DNA of 64,000 bases, taken from positions 3,328,001-3,392,000 of the forward strand of contig OZ253555.1 in the NCBI GenBank assembly GCA_965262725.1, given 5' to 3'. Below the pieces are notes generated by a model, which was not told the DNA's origin, searched no databases, and saw only the letters and a list, made by a program, of their open reading frames with translations. Of this stretch, positions 1 to 8,636 are shown piece by piece. Positions within the stretch are counted from its first letter, which is position 1. Each line of letters starts with the position of its first letter. The position numbers and the translations under genes are program-made. Origin of the DNA: Dehalococcoidia bacterium. GTDB lineage: Bacteria > Chloroflexota > Dehalococcoidia > UBA2979.

Positions 1-19
1 GAACGGAGGATGAGGCGCG

Positions 20-844
20 ATGACCGTCGCACCGGGACGACCGCTCGCCGGACGCGTCGCCATCGTCACCGGCTCCTCGCGCGGCATCGGCAAGGACATC
101 GCCCACGTCCTCGCGGCCGCCGGCGCCTCGGTCGTGGTCGGCGCGCGCTCGGAGGAGACGCGCCCCGACCCCAGGCTCCCCGGCACGATCCACGAGGTTG
201 CGGGCGCCATCGAGGCGGCCGGCGGCCGGGCGCTCGCGCTGCGCCTCGAGATGCGCGACCCCGAGAGCATCGACGCCTGCGTCGAGGCCACCGCCGAGCA
301 CTTCGGCCGCATCGACATCGTGGTGAACAACGCCGCCGCCTTCGTCGGGAACCTGCTCGAGCGCATCGAGCCCAGGCACATGGACGTGATGACGCAGGTC
401 AACGTGCGCGGACCGCTCGCGATGGTCCGAGCCGCCCTCCCGCACCTCCGCGCCGCCGCCACGAGCGAGGGCGCCGCGCACGTGATCAACATCTCCTCGC
501 GCGCCGCGCGCTTCCCCGGTCCGGGCCCCTACGCCGGCGCAGCCGGCGCGCGGGCGGCGGCCGCCCCCCTCTACGGGACCACGAAGGCCGCCCTGGAGAG
601 GCTCACGCAGGAGCTCGCCATCGAGCTCGAGCCCGACCGCATCGCGGTGAACGCGCTCTCCCCGCAGGGCGGGATCAACACGCCGGGCGTGCTCTTCGGC
701 CAGAGCGATCCGGCTGACCCGCGCCTCGACTTCGAGACCGCCGACCAGATGGCGAAGGCAACGCTCTGGATCGCGCTTCAGCCCCCCTCCTTTACCGGCC
801 ACATCGTCTACGACGAGGAGCTCTGCGCCGAGCAGGGACTCTGA
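20..844 (+). CDS. SDR family oxidoreductase
   Basis: TGSSRGIG Rossmann motif, NNAA, YGTTK catalytic motif; GGAGG RBS upstream. Confidence 0.9.
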   Translation: MTVAPGRPLAGRVAIVTGSSRGIGKDIAHVLAAAGASVVVGARSEETRPDPRLPGTIHEVAGAIEAAGGRALALRLEMRDPESIDACVEATAEHFGRIDIVVNNAAAFVGNLLERIEPRHMDVMTQVNVRGPLAMVRAALPHLRAAATSEGAAHVINISSRAARFPGPGPYAGAAGARAAAAPLYGTTKAALERLTQELAIELEPDRIAVNALSPQGGINTPGVLFGQSDPADPRLDFETADQMAKATLWIALQPPSFTGHIVYDEELCAEQGL

Positions 845-880
845 CCGGGAAGGCGCGCCGCGGAGGGGGCGTCCCTGCCC

Positions 881-2179
881 CTAGCCGGCCGCCGGCGCCC
901 CCGGCGGACTGAGGCGCCGGAGCTCGGGCGCGAAGATGAAGACGGCGGCGGCGAAGAGCGAGACCGCGAGCGCTCCGAGCGCGATCGCGGTCGGAGTGCC
1001 GAGCAGCGTCGCGGCGCTCCCCGAGACGAAACCCCCGACCATGATCAGAAACCAGGTCACGCTCCACACCCCCATCACGCGCCCGCGCAGCTCGTCGGGA
1101 ACAAGCAGCTGTATCACCGTCATCGCGAGGTTGAGGTAGACGGACTGCATGAGGCCGGCTGCGAAGAGCAGCGCCATCCCGGGCAGGAGGGAGTGGGTCG
1201 CCGAAAAGGCCGCCACCAGCAGGCCGAACGAGAACGCGCCCGCGATGATCGCGCGCCCCGTGTGGCGGCCGGCGCCGAGGCGCACCACGACCACTGTCCC
1301 GGCGAGCGCGCCGAGACCGGCGGCGGCCTCGAGCGCCCCGAATCCGCGCGCGCCCACGCCGAGCACGTCCTCGGCGAAGATGGGCAGCAGGATCATGTAG
1401 CTCGTCCCGAACACGGAGGTGAAGAACGAGAGACCGGTCACCGCGAGGAAGACGCGGTGCCGGGCGATGTAGCGGGCCCCCTCCCACATCCCGCCGCGCA
1501 GCAGCGAGGGGCCCCCGGGACGCGGCCGCAGCGAGAGCGTGGCGATGGTGAGGGAGGCGAGCGCGTAGCCGAGGGCGGCCGCAAGCAGCGAGGGTCCCGA
1601 GCCGACGAGGGCGACGGAGACGCCCGCCACCGCCGGCCCCACCACGCGCGTGGTCTGCCAGATCGCGCTGGAGTAGGCGACGGCGCTCGCCATCGCGCGG
1701 CGGTCGACGAGGCGCGGGAGCAGCACGTTCTGCGCCGTCGTCGACCCCGAGGCGAGCGCGCCGACCGTCATCGCCCAGACGATCACCATCCACAGCTCGA
1801 CGAGCCCGGCGATCGTCAGGAGCGCGATCGCGAGGTGGCTCAGGCCGATCACCGCGTAGGTCACGGCGAGGATGAGCCGGCTCTCCATGCGATCGGCGAG
1901 CGCGCCCGCCGGCACGGAGAGCAGCACCGTCGGCACGGCCTGCGCCAGCGCGACCACTCCGAGCCAGAACGGCGAGTCCGTGAGCTCGAAGACGAGCCAG
2001 AGGCCGGCGATGAAGCGGAACCGCTCGCCGAAGACGGCCGCGAAGGTCCCCACCCAGTAGCGGCGATAGGCCCGGTAGGAGAACGCGGATGCGGATGCCT
2101 CGCCTCCGGCGGGGGGCTCCGGCTCAACCGGGATCGAGGCGTCGATCGGCTGCGCGCCTGCGGAGGGAGCTCGGGTCAT
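881..2179 (-). CDS. MFS transporter (DHA3/EntS-like)
   Basis: ~12 hydrophobic segments, GALADRMESR and VPDELRGRVMG motifs; start chosen after GGAGG. Confidence 0.85.
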   Translation of the reverse strand: MTRAPSAGAQPIDASIPVEPEPPAGGEASASAFSYRAYRRYWVGTFAAVFGERFRFIAGLWLVFELTDSPFWLGVVALAQAVPTVLLSVPAGALADRMESRLILAVTYAVIGLSHLAIALLTIAGLVELWMVIVWAMTVGALASGSTTAQNVLLPRLVDRRAMASAVAYSSAIWQTTRVVGPAVAGVSVALVGSGPSLLAAALGYALASLTIATLSLRPRPGGPSLLRGGMWEGARYIARHRVFLAVTGLSFFTSVFGTSYMILLPIFAEDVLGVGARGFGALEAAAGLGALAGTVVVVRLGAGRHTGRAIIAGAFSFGLLVAAFSATHSLLPGMALLFAAGLMQSVYLNLAMTVIQLLVPDELRGRVMGVWSVTWFLIMVGGFVSGSAATLLGTPTAIALGALAVSLFAAAVFIFAPELRRLSPPGAPAAG

Positions 2180-2311
2180 CGGCTTCGGACCTCCGCGGGG
2201 CGGCCGGCGGGCGGGGTCGCTGCGCGCTCGGCCATCGTACGCTAGCGTCATCGGCGCGCGGACCCCGCGAGCGCCGGGGCGGGCCGAGAGCCGCTCGGAG
2301 GGCATGCGGGT

Positions 2312-3637
2312 ATGGCGCTACCAGGTGGTCGCGACGAGGGCCCCCACCCCGGGAACCCCGGTTCGGCCAGCTCCGCGTCCCACTCGATGGGCGACGTCCT
2401 CGCCAACGCCATGTTCCGGCGGCTCTGGTTGGCGGGCGCACTGACGTCGGCAATGCGCTGGCTCGATCTGCTGGTGCTCGGGGTCTTCGTCTACGACCTG
2501 ACCGGGTCGCCGGCCCACGTCGCGATCTTCTTCTTCGTGCGCATGATCCCGCGCGTCCTGTTCGGGGTCGTGATCGGGACGATCGCGGATCGCATCTCCA
2601 GGCAGGTGATGCTCGTCGTCGGCTTCCTCGCGCTCGCGGCAGTCTCCGTGGGACTCGGCGTGCTCATCCTCACCGGGCGCGTCGAGTACTGGCACCTCCT
2701 GATCGGCGCCTTCGTCGCGGGGATCTTCTGGTCGAGCGAGTTCCCGGTCAGGCGCGCCATGATCGGGGACGTCGTGGCACCCGGCCTGGTCGGGCGCGCC
2801 ATGGCCCTCGATATCGGCACCAGCGCCTTCACGCGGATGTTCGGCCCCGTCCTCGGCGGCGTGCTGCTGGAGGGGATCGGGGCGGAGGCGGCCTTCTTCC
2901 TGGAGGCGGTGGCATTCGTCGGGGCGGCCGCGGTGATCGCCTCGCTGCGGTATACGCGGCCCGCCGCCGACAGGCCGCGCTCCACGGCTCTTCGCGACGT
3001 CGCCGACGCCGCGCGCTACGTCCGCGCCAGCCAGCTCCTGATGGGGGTCTTCGCGGTGAGCTTCGTCATGAACCTGCTCGCGTTCCCGTTCATGACCATG
3101 GTGCCGGTGATCGGGCGCGAGACGCTCGAGATCGACGCCGTGCGCATCGGCATGCTCACCTCCGCGGAGGGGCTGGGCGCGGTGATGGGGTCGGCACTCA
3201 TCGCCGCGCGCGCGCCCGAGAGCTCCTACTCGCGCATCTACTACTTCGGCTCGATGCTCTTCCTCGCATGCGTGCTGCTCTTCTCCCGCTCGGAGGTCTA
3301 CGCGGTGTCTCTGGGCCTGCTCTGGCTCGCCGGCTTCGGGATGACAAGCTTCGCGACGATGCAGACGACGCTCGTGGTCACCTCGGCGGCGCCGGAGATG
3401 CGGGGGCGGGCGCTCGGGGCGCTCTCGCTCTCCATCGGGTCGGGTCCGCTGGGCGCCCTCAACATCGGCACGATGGCGAGCCTGCTCGGCGCGCCGCTCG
3501 CGACGACGATCTCCTCGGCGGAGGGGCTGGCGGCGCTCGCGCTCGTCGGCCTCGCGTGGCCGGTGCTCAGGGGCGAGTTCCGCGCAGCGCCGGAGCGGGC
3601 GCGCGCCGCCCGCGGGGAGGCGCCGGGCCGGCGCTAG
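2312..3637 (+). CDS. MFS transporter (DHA3/EntS-like)
   Basis: GTIADRISRQ and APEMRGRALG motifs; many TM segments. Confidence 0.85.
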   Translation: MALPGGRDEGPHPGNPGSASSASHSMGDVLANAMFRRLWLAGALTSAMRWLDLLVLGVFVYDLTGSPAHVAIFFFVRMIPRVLFGVVIGTIADRISRQVMLVVGFLALAAVSVGLGVLILTGRVEYWHLLIGAFVAGIFWSSEFPVRRAMIGDVVAPGLVGRAMALDIGTSAFTRMFGPVLGGVLLEGIGAEAAFFLEAVAFVGAAAVIASLRYTRPAADRPRSTALRDVADAARYVRASQLLMGVFAVSFVMNLLAFPFMTMVPVIGRETLEIDAVRIGMLTSAEGLGAVMGSALIAARAPESSYSRIYYFGSMLFLACVLLFSRSEVYAVSLGLLWLAGFGMTSFATMQTTLVVTSAAPEMRGRALGALSLSIGSGPLGALNIGTMASLLGAPLATTISSAEGLAALALVGLAWPVLRGEFRAAPERARAARGEAPGRR

Positions 3638-4656
3638 GACGAGAGCGGGCCGAGCGCCTCGATCGCGAGCTCCAGGTTCTCGAGGACGCGCGCTCGGTCC
3701 ATCGTGTTGCTCGCCGAGTAGAAGCAGAGGGTGTCAATGACGCCCTCGTATCTGAGGGCCTGTTCCGCGACGTCCTCCGGCGTGCCGTAGAGACCGTGCT
3801 CGGCCGCCACTTCGTCCGGGATCGCGGCGGCGAGGGCGTCGGGATCGTCGGGATGGTTCACGAAGGCGTCGCGGATGCGCTCCCTGACGTCCCCGTAGCC
3901 CTGCGAGTCCAGCACCACGCTGTAGCTGCGCGTCGCCATGAAGCGGGCGACGTGGACCTTGAGCTCGCGCAGCGCCTGCGCGCGATCGCGCGAGACCGCG
4001 AAGGTAAGCCAGCTCTGGTGATCGAAGTCATCACGCGTGCGCCCCGAGCGCCTGAGCCCCTCGTCGACGTGCGGCCAGACGTGCTCTTCGATGAAGCGCA
4101 CGGAGGCGATCGGGTGGCCGCAGAGGCCGTCGCAGAGATCGCCGGCCAGCCTGAGCATCCCCTCGTTCACCGCGGCGAGATAGATGGGTGCGGAGGCGTC
4201 CTCCACGCCGCCGCTCCCCCAGCCCCGGAGCGCCTGCCCCTCCACCCGCACGTACTTGCCGTTGAAGCTGAGGTGTTCGTCAGAGGGGACGCTCCAGGCG
4301 TAGCGCAGGAAGCGGATCAGCTCGCGGATGTGGCTCGCCGGGTTCGGGAAGTCGCGGCCGAGCGAGTTGATGTTCATGTACTTGGTGCCGCCGCCCAGCC
4401 CGAGGATGAAGCGGCGGTCGTAGAGCCGCTGCAGGTCCGCCGCGTGCTGTGCGAGGTTGCGCGCGTCGAACTGGAAGGCGCGGATCACGCCGCTGCCGAT
4501 CCGCGCGCTGCTCGTGCGCTCGAGCATCGAGGCGAAGACGGGGATGCTCTCCCCGGAGTTCCAGATGACGTCGAAACCGGCCTCCTCGGCACGGCGGGCG
4601 AGCGCCGGCTTCTCCTGGATCGCACTGTCGGCGATCGAGATGGCGCGCCTCGGCAT
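3634..4656 (-). CDS. LLM class flavin/F420-dependent oxidoreductase
   Basis: RAEEAGFD, RFILGLG and PIYLAAVNEGMLRLAGDLCDG luciferase-like motifs. Confidence 0.85.
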   Translation of the reverse strand: MPRRAISIADSAIQEKPALARRAEEAGFDVIWNSGESIPVFASMLERTSSARIGSGVIRAFQFDARNLAQHAADLQRLYDRRFILGLGGGTKYMNINSLGRDFPNPASHIRELIRFLRYAWSVPSDEHLSFNGKYVRVEGQALRGWGSGGVEDASAPIYLAAVNEGMLRLAGDLCDGLCGHPIASVRFIEEHVWPHVDEGLRRSGRTRDDFDHQSWLTFAVSRDRAQALRELKVHVARFMATRSYSVVLDSQGYGDVRERIRDAFVNHPDDPDALAAAIPDEVAAEHGLYGTPEDVAEQALRYEGVIDTLCFYSASNTMDRARVLENLELAIEALGPLSS

Positions 4657-4793
4657 CTGGGATCCCTTCCCGCTTGCGGGCGGCCCGCGCCCGGCGGCTC
4701 GCACGATAGCACGCGTCCCCGGCCCCCTCGCGCCGCCGGGCGCGGTCGTGCGAGGATCCCCCCGCCCCCCGGAGCACGGCGGGCGGGGAGGGG

Positions 4794-5432
4794 ATGCTGA
4801 TGGCGGGCGCTCATCCCTCCGCGGCCGGGGGCGGGCTTCACGACGCCCTCCGCCGGCGGCGCTCCATCCGCGGCCTCACGGGTCCGCCGCTGACGCACGA
4901 GGAAGTCGAGGAGCTGGTCGCGCTCGCGCTCACCGCGCCTGCGCCGCACCACACCCGCCCCTGGCGCTTCGCGCACGTCGACACGGCCCGCCGATCCGGG
5001 CTCGCCCGGGCGATGGGCACGGCCTGGCACGCCGACATGCAGCGGGACGGCGTCGCCCCGGAGCAGCAGGGGCGGGCCCTCGAGCGCTCACGAAGGCAGC
5101 TCGAGGAGGCGCCGACGCTGCTCCTCGGCGCGATCGTGGGCGAGGGGCTGCGGGCGTGGCCGGACGAGCGGCGCCTGCGGGCTGAGTGGACGATGGCCGC
5201 CCACTCGTTCGGGGCAGCCCTCGAGAACCTCCTGCTCGCGGCGAGTAGCTCCGGGGTGGCGGCCTTCTGGATATCGGCGCCGCTCTTCGCCCCCGAGGCG
5301 GTCCGCGAGGCGCTCTCTCTCCCCGAGGACTGGGTGCCGCAGGCCGCCATCGCCCTCGGGCGCCCCAGCGCCGACTATCGCCCCTTCGATCGCCCGGCGC
5401 CCGACCTCGCCGGCTCGCTGCTCTGGAGGTAG
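4794..5432 (+). CDS. nitroreductase family protein (FbiB C-terminal-like)
   Basis: RRRSIR, APAPHHTRPWRF, ENLLLAA, WISAPLFAP. Confidence 0.8.
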   Translation: MLMAGAHPSAAGGGLHDALRRRRSIRGLTGPPLTHEEVEELVALALTAPAPHHTRPWRFAHVDTARRSGLARAMGTAWHADMQRDGVAPEQQGRALERSRRQLEEAPTLLLGAIVGEGLRAWPDERRLRAEWTMAAHSFGAALENLLLAASSSGVAAFWISAPLFAPEAVREALSLPEDWVPQAAIALGRPSADYRPFDRPAPDLAGSLLWR

Positions 5433-5434
5433 CC

Positions 5435-5890
5435 GTGCGCATCGCCTTCGGGGCCGACGAGAGGACGGCGCTCACCGACCGCCTGGTCGAGGAATTGCGC
5501 GCGCGCCGCCACGAGGTCTCCGTGCTCGGGCCTCCCGCCGGCGACGGCGCGCCCGGGGCGGCGATGGAGTGGGCCGAAGTGGCGCAGGAGGCGGCGCGGG
5601 CGGTGGCGCGCGGCGACGCCGACGAGGCCGTGATCTGCTGCTGGACCGGCACCGGCGTCTCTATAGCCGCGAACAAGGTCCCCGGCGTGCGCGCCGCGCT
5701 CTGCGCCGACGCCGAGACGGCGCGCGGCGCGCGGCGCTGGAACGACGCAAACGCGCTCTGCCTCTCGCTGCGCACCACGACCGAGGCGCTGGCACTGGAG
5801 ATCCTCGCTGCCTGGTTCGCGGGGCACGAGCTCGACCCCGCCGAGCGGCCGAACGTCGCCCGCCTCGAGGATCGCGAGGACGGCACGTAG
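5435..5890 (+). CDS. rpiB: RpiB/LacA/LacB sugar-phosphate isomerase
   Basis: CWTGTGVSIAANKVPGVRAALC and WNDANALCL. Confidence 0.85.
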   Translation: MRIAFGADERTALTDRLVEELRARRHEVSVLGPPAGDGAPGAAMEWAEVAQEAARAVARGDADEAVICCWTGTGVSIAANKVPGVRAALCADAETARGARRWNDANALCLSLRTTTEALALEILAAWFAGHELDPAERPNVARLEDREDGT

Positions 5891-6025
5891 GCGGAGGGAC
5901 GGTCGGGGCGCCCGGGCCCAGCATCCGCGGACGGCGGCGGTCGCGACGGTGGCGGGCGGCGGCCAGCGCGCGCCATACTCGGCCGCGCGGCGGCTCCAGG
6001 CTCGCCGCGGGAGGGGGAGGCGCGC

Positions 6026-6508
6026 ATGCCGACGCTTGGGGTCAACGGCGAGAAGCGCGCGGCGCCGGATGGGGCGCGGAATTTGCTCTCCTACCTGCGC
6101 TTCGACCTCGGCCTGACCGGCACCAAGTACGCCTGCGGCGAAGGGCTCTGCGGCGCCTGCACGGTGCTGGTGGACGGCCAGGCGCTGCGCTCCTGCCAGA
6201 CGTCCGTCGGCGCGGTTGCCGGCGGCGAGGTGACGACCGTAGAGGGGCTCGCGCCGGGCGCGGAGAACCTCGACGACCTCCACCCCGTCCAACGGGCCTT
6301 CGTCGAGGAGGGGGCGATGCAGTGCGGCTACTGCATCCCCGGCTTCGTGATGAGCACCGTGGGGCTGCTCGCGCGAGAGCCGCACCCTTCCCGCGCGCAG
6401 GTGCAGGAGGCGCTGGAGGAGCACATCTGCCGCTGCGGGACCTACGTGCGCATCCTGCGAGCCGTCGAGCGCGCCGCGGCCGGCGGCGCCCCGGTGGGCG
6501 CGCCATGA
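6026..6508 (+). CDS. (2Fe-2S) small subunit of xanthine-oxidase-family enzyme (IorA/CoxS-like)
   Basis: CGEGLCGACT, QCGYC, CRCGTY. Confidence 0.92.
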   Translation: MPTLGVNGEKRAAPDGARNLLSYLRFDLGLTGTKYACGEGLCGACTVLVDGQALRSCQTSVGAVAGGEVTTVEGLAPGAENLDDLHPVQRAFVEEGAMQCGYCIPGFVMSTVGLLAREPHPSRAQVQEALEEHICRCGTYVRILRAVERAAAGGAPVGAP

Positions 6509-8634
6509 GCGCGGCGGCGGCGGGGGCCGGCCTCGATGTCTACGGCGACGTCACCTTCGGCATCCCCGATCGCCTGCGCGCGAGCTACCGCACCACCACC
6601 TACTTCAACACCGCGCCCGACGAGCCGCTGCAGCGCTGGCTCACCGTCAGGCCCGACGGTCGCGTCCTCGCCTTCGCGGGGAAGGTCGAGTACGGGCAGG
6701 GCGTCCGCTCCGGCTTCGCGATGGAGGTCGCGGAGGAGCTGCGCCTGGCGCCCGACGCCGTCGAGGTGACGCTCGGCGACACCGACCTCGTGCCGTGGGA
6801 TCTCGGCACGTTCGGCTCGGGCTCGACGGCCTACGTCGGCCTGCAGCTGCGGCGCGCCGCCGCCACGGCGCGCATGGCGCTGCTCGATCTCGCCGCCGAT
6901 CGTCTCGACCTCCCCGCGAGCGAGCTGCACCTGGCGGGCGGCCGCGTCGTCGCCGCCACCGATCCCGGCCGCTCGCTCGGCTACGGCGAGCTCGTCGCGG
7001 ACGGCTACAGGCGTGAGGAGATCCCCGAGGGTGAGGTTGAGCTCACCGCCCCGGGCGAGTTCACGGTGCTGGGCAGCGAGCGCGGCCGCGTCGACGCGAT
7101 GGACCGCGTCACCGGCGCCGCCGTCTACTCGCGCGACGTGCTCCTCCCCGGCCTCCTCCACGCGGCCGTGATCCGGCCACCGTCTCTGGGTGCGGAGCTC
7201 TCCGAGTTCGACGCGAGCGTCGCGGGGCAACTCCCCGGCGTGGTGCGGGTCGTTCACGAGCCCCCCGCCCCGGGAAGGCCGGCGCTCGCCGCGGTGCTCG
7301 CCGAGAGTGACGAGCAGGCGCTCCGCGCGGCGAGCATCGTACGGGCGCGGTGGGAGGAGCGGCCGGGGCAGCCCTCTCGCTGGGACGTGCCGCAGATCCT
7401 GCTCGACTCGGCGCGCGACACGATGGTGATGCAGCACGCCGGCGACGTGAAGGCCGGCCTCGAGGCCTCGGCCCGAACGCTCGAGGCCACCTACTACGCC
7501 CCCTACATCAGCATCGCGCCGATGGAACCCCGAGCCGCCACCGCGCGCTGGGAGGGCGAGGGAGAGGACGCGCGGCTCACGGTGTGGGCGGGGACGCAGC
7601 GACCCTTCGGCATACGCTCGGAGCTCGCCGTGCACTTCGAGATGCCGGAGGCTCGGGTGCGCGTGATCGCGCCGGAGATCGGCGGCGGCTTCGGGGGAAA
7701 GAGCATCTACCCGATCGCGCTGGAGGCGGCGCGGCTCGCCCACGCGGCCGGGCGACCGGTCCGGGTCGCCTTCAGCCGCACCGAGGAGACGCAGCACTCG
7801 ACGTTCCGCCCGGCGGCACTGGTCTCGATTCGCAGCGGCATCGACGGACAGGGGCTGCTCACCGCCTGGGAGTACGACGCGATCCACGCCGGAGAGCGGG
7901 CTCTCATCGGGCGCCGCGGCTCGGAGTCGCCCTACACGGCGCCCCACGTGCGCACCGTCGTCTCCTCGGCCGACTCGCCGCTCCCCGTCGGCTCCTACCG
8001 ATCGCTCGGCGCCGCGGTCAACCACTTCGCGCGCGAGTCGCACGTCGACGAGATCGCGGCCGTTCTGGGCGACGATCCCGTCGAGTGGCGGCGACGGCAC
8101 CTCGAGGATCGGCGCTACCACGGCGTCCTGGACGAGGCCGCCCGGCGCTTCGGCTGGCGCCCGGCCGCGCCCGGCGCCTCGGGGCACCGCGGCCGCGGCG
8201 TCGGCTGCGCCGTGGGCATCGACGTCGGGAGCTACGTCGCGCTCTGCGTCGCCGTCGAGGTGCGGGGGCAGGAAGTGCGGGTCGAGCGCGTCTCCGCGGC
8301 AATCGACTGCGGCCTTGCGGTGAACCCGGACGGGGTCGTCAACCAGATCGAGGGAGGCATCGTGCAGGGGCTCGGGGGGACGCTCTCCGAATCGGTCGAG
8401 TTCGAGGGCGGCGTCGTGCTGAACCCGGGCTTCGCCCGCTACCGCGTGCCGCGCATCCACAACACGCCCCGCGTCGACGTCGGGATCGTCGGCGACCCCG
8501 CGGTGCGCTCGACGGGCGCGGGAGAGCTCGGCATCGTGCCGATAGCCGCCGCGGTCGCGAACGCCGTCTACGACGCCACCGGCCAGCGCATCCGCGAGCT
8601 GCCGCTGCAGCGCCAGCTCGCGCCGGTCGGCTAG
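6505..8634 (+). CDS. molybdopterin-binding large subunit (IorB-like)
   Basis: GKVEYGQG, IGGGFGGK, NQIEGGIVQGLG, GAGE...ANAVYDATG; ATGA overlap with the small subunit. Confidence 0.88.
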   Translation: MSAAAAGAGLDVYGDVTFGIPDRLRASYRTTTYFNTAPDEPLQRWLTVRPDGRVLAFAGKVEYGQGVRSGFAMEVAEELRLAPDAVEVTLGDTDLVPWDLGTFGSGSTAYVGLQLRRAAATARMALLDLAADRLDLPASELHLAGGRVVAATDPGRSLGYGELVADGYRREEIPEGEVELTAPGEFTVLGSERGRVDAMDRVTGAAVYSRDVLLPGLLHAAVIRPPSLGAELSEFDASVAGQLPGVVRVVHEPPAPGRPALAAVLAESDEQALRAASIVRARWEERPGQPSRWDVPQILLDSARDTMVMQHAGDVKAGLEASARTLEATYYAPYISIAPMEPRAATARWEGEGEDARLTVWAGTQRPFGIRSELAVHFEMPEARVRVIAPEIGGGFGGKSIYPIALEAARLAHAAGRPVRVAFSRTEETQHSTFRPAALVSIRSGIDGQGLLTAWEYDAIHAGERALIGRRGSESPYTAPHVRTVVSSADSPLPVGSYRSLGAAVNHFARESHVDEIAAVLGDDPVEWRRRHLEDRRYHGVLDEAARRFGWRPAAPGASGHRGRGVGCAVGIDVGSYVALCVAVEVRGQEVRVERVSAAIDCGLAVNPDGVVNQIEGGIVQGLGGTLSESVEFEGGVVLNPGFARYRVPRIHNTPRVDVGIVGDPAVRSTGAGELGIVPIAAAVANAVYDATGQRIRELPLQRQLAPVG

Positions 8635-8636
8635 CC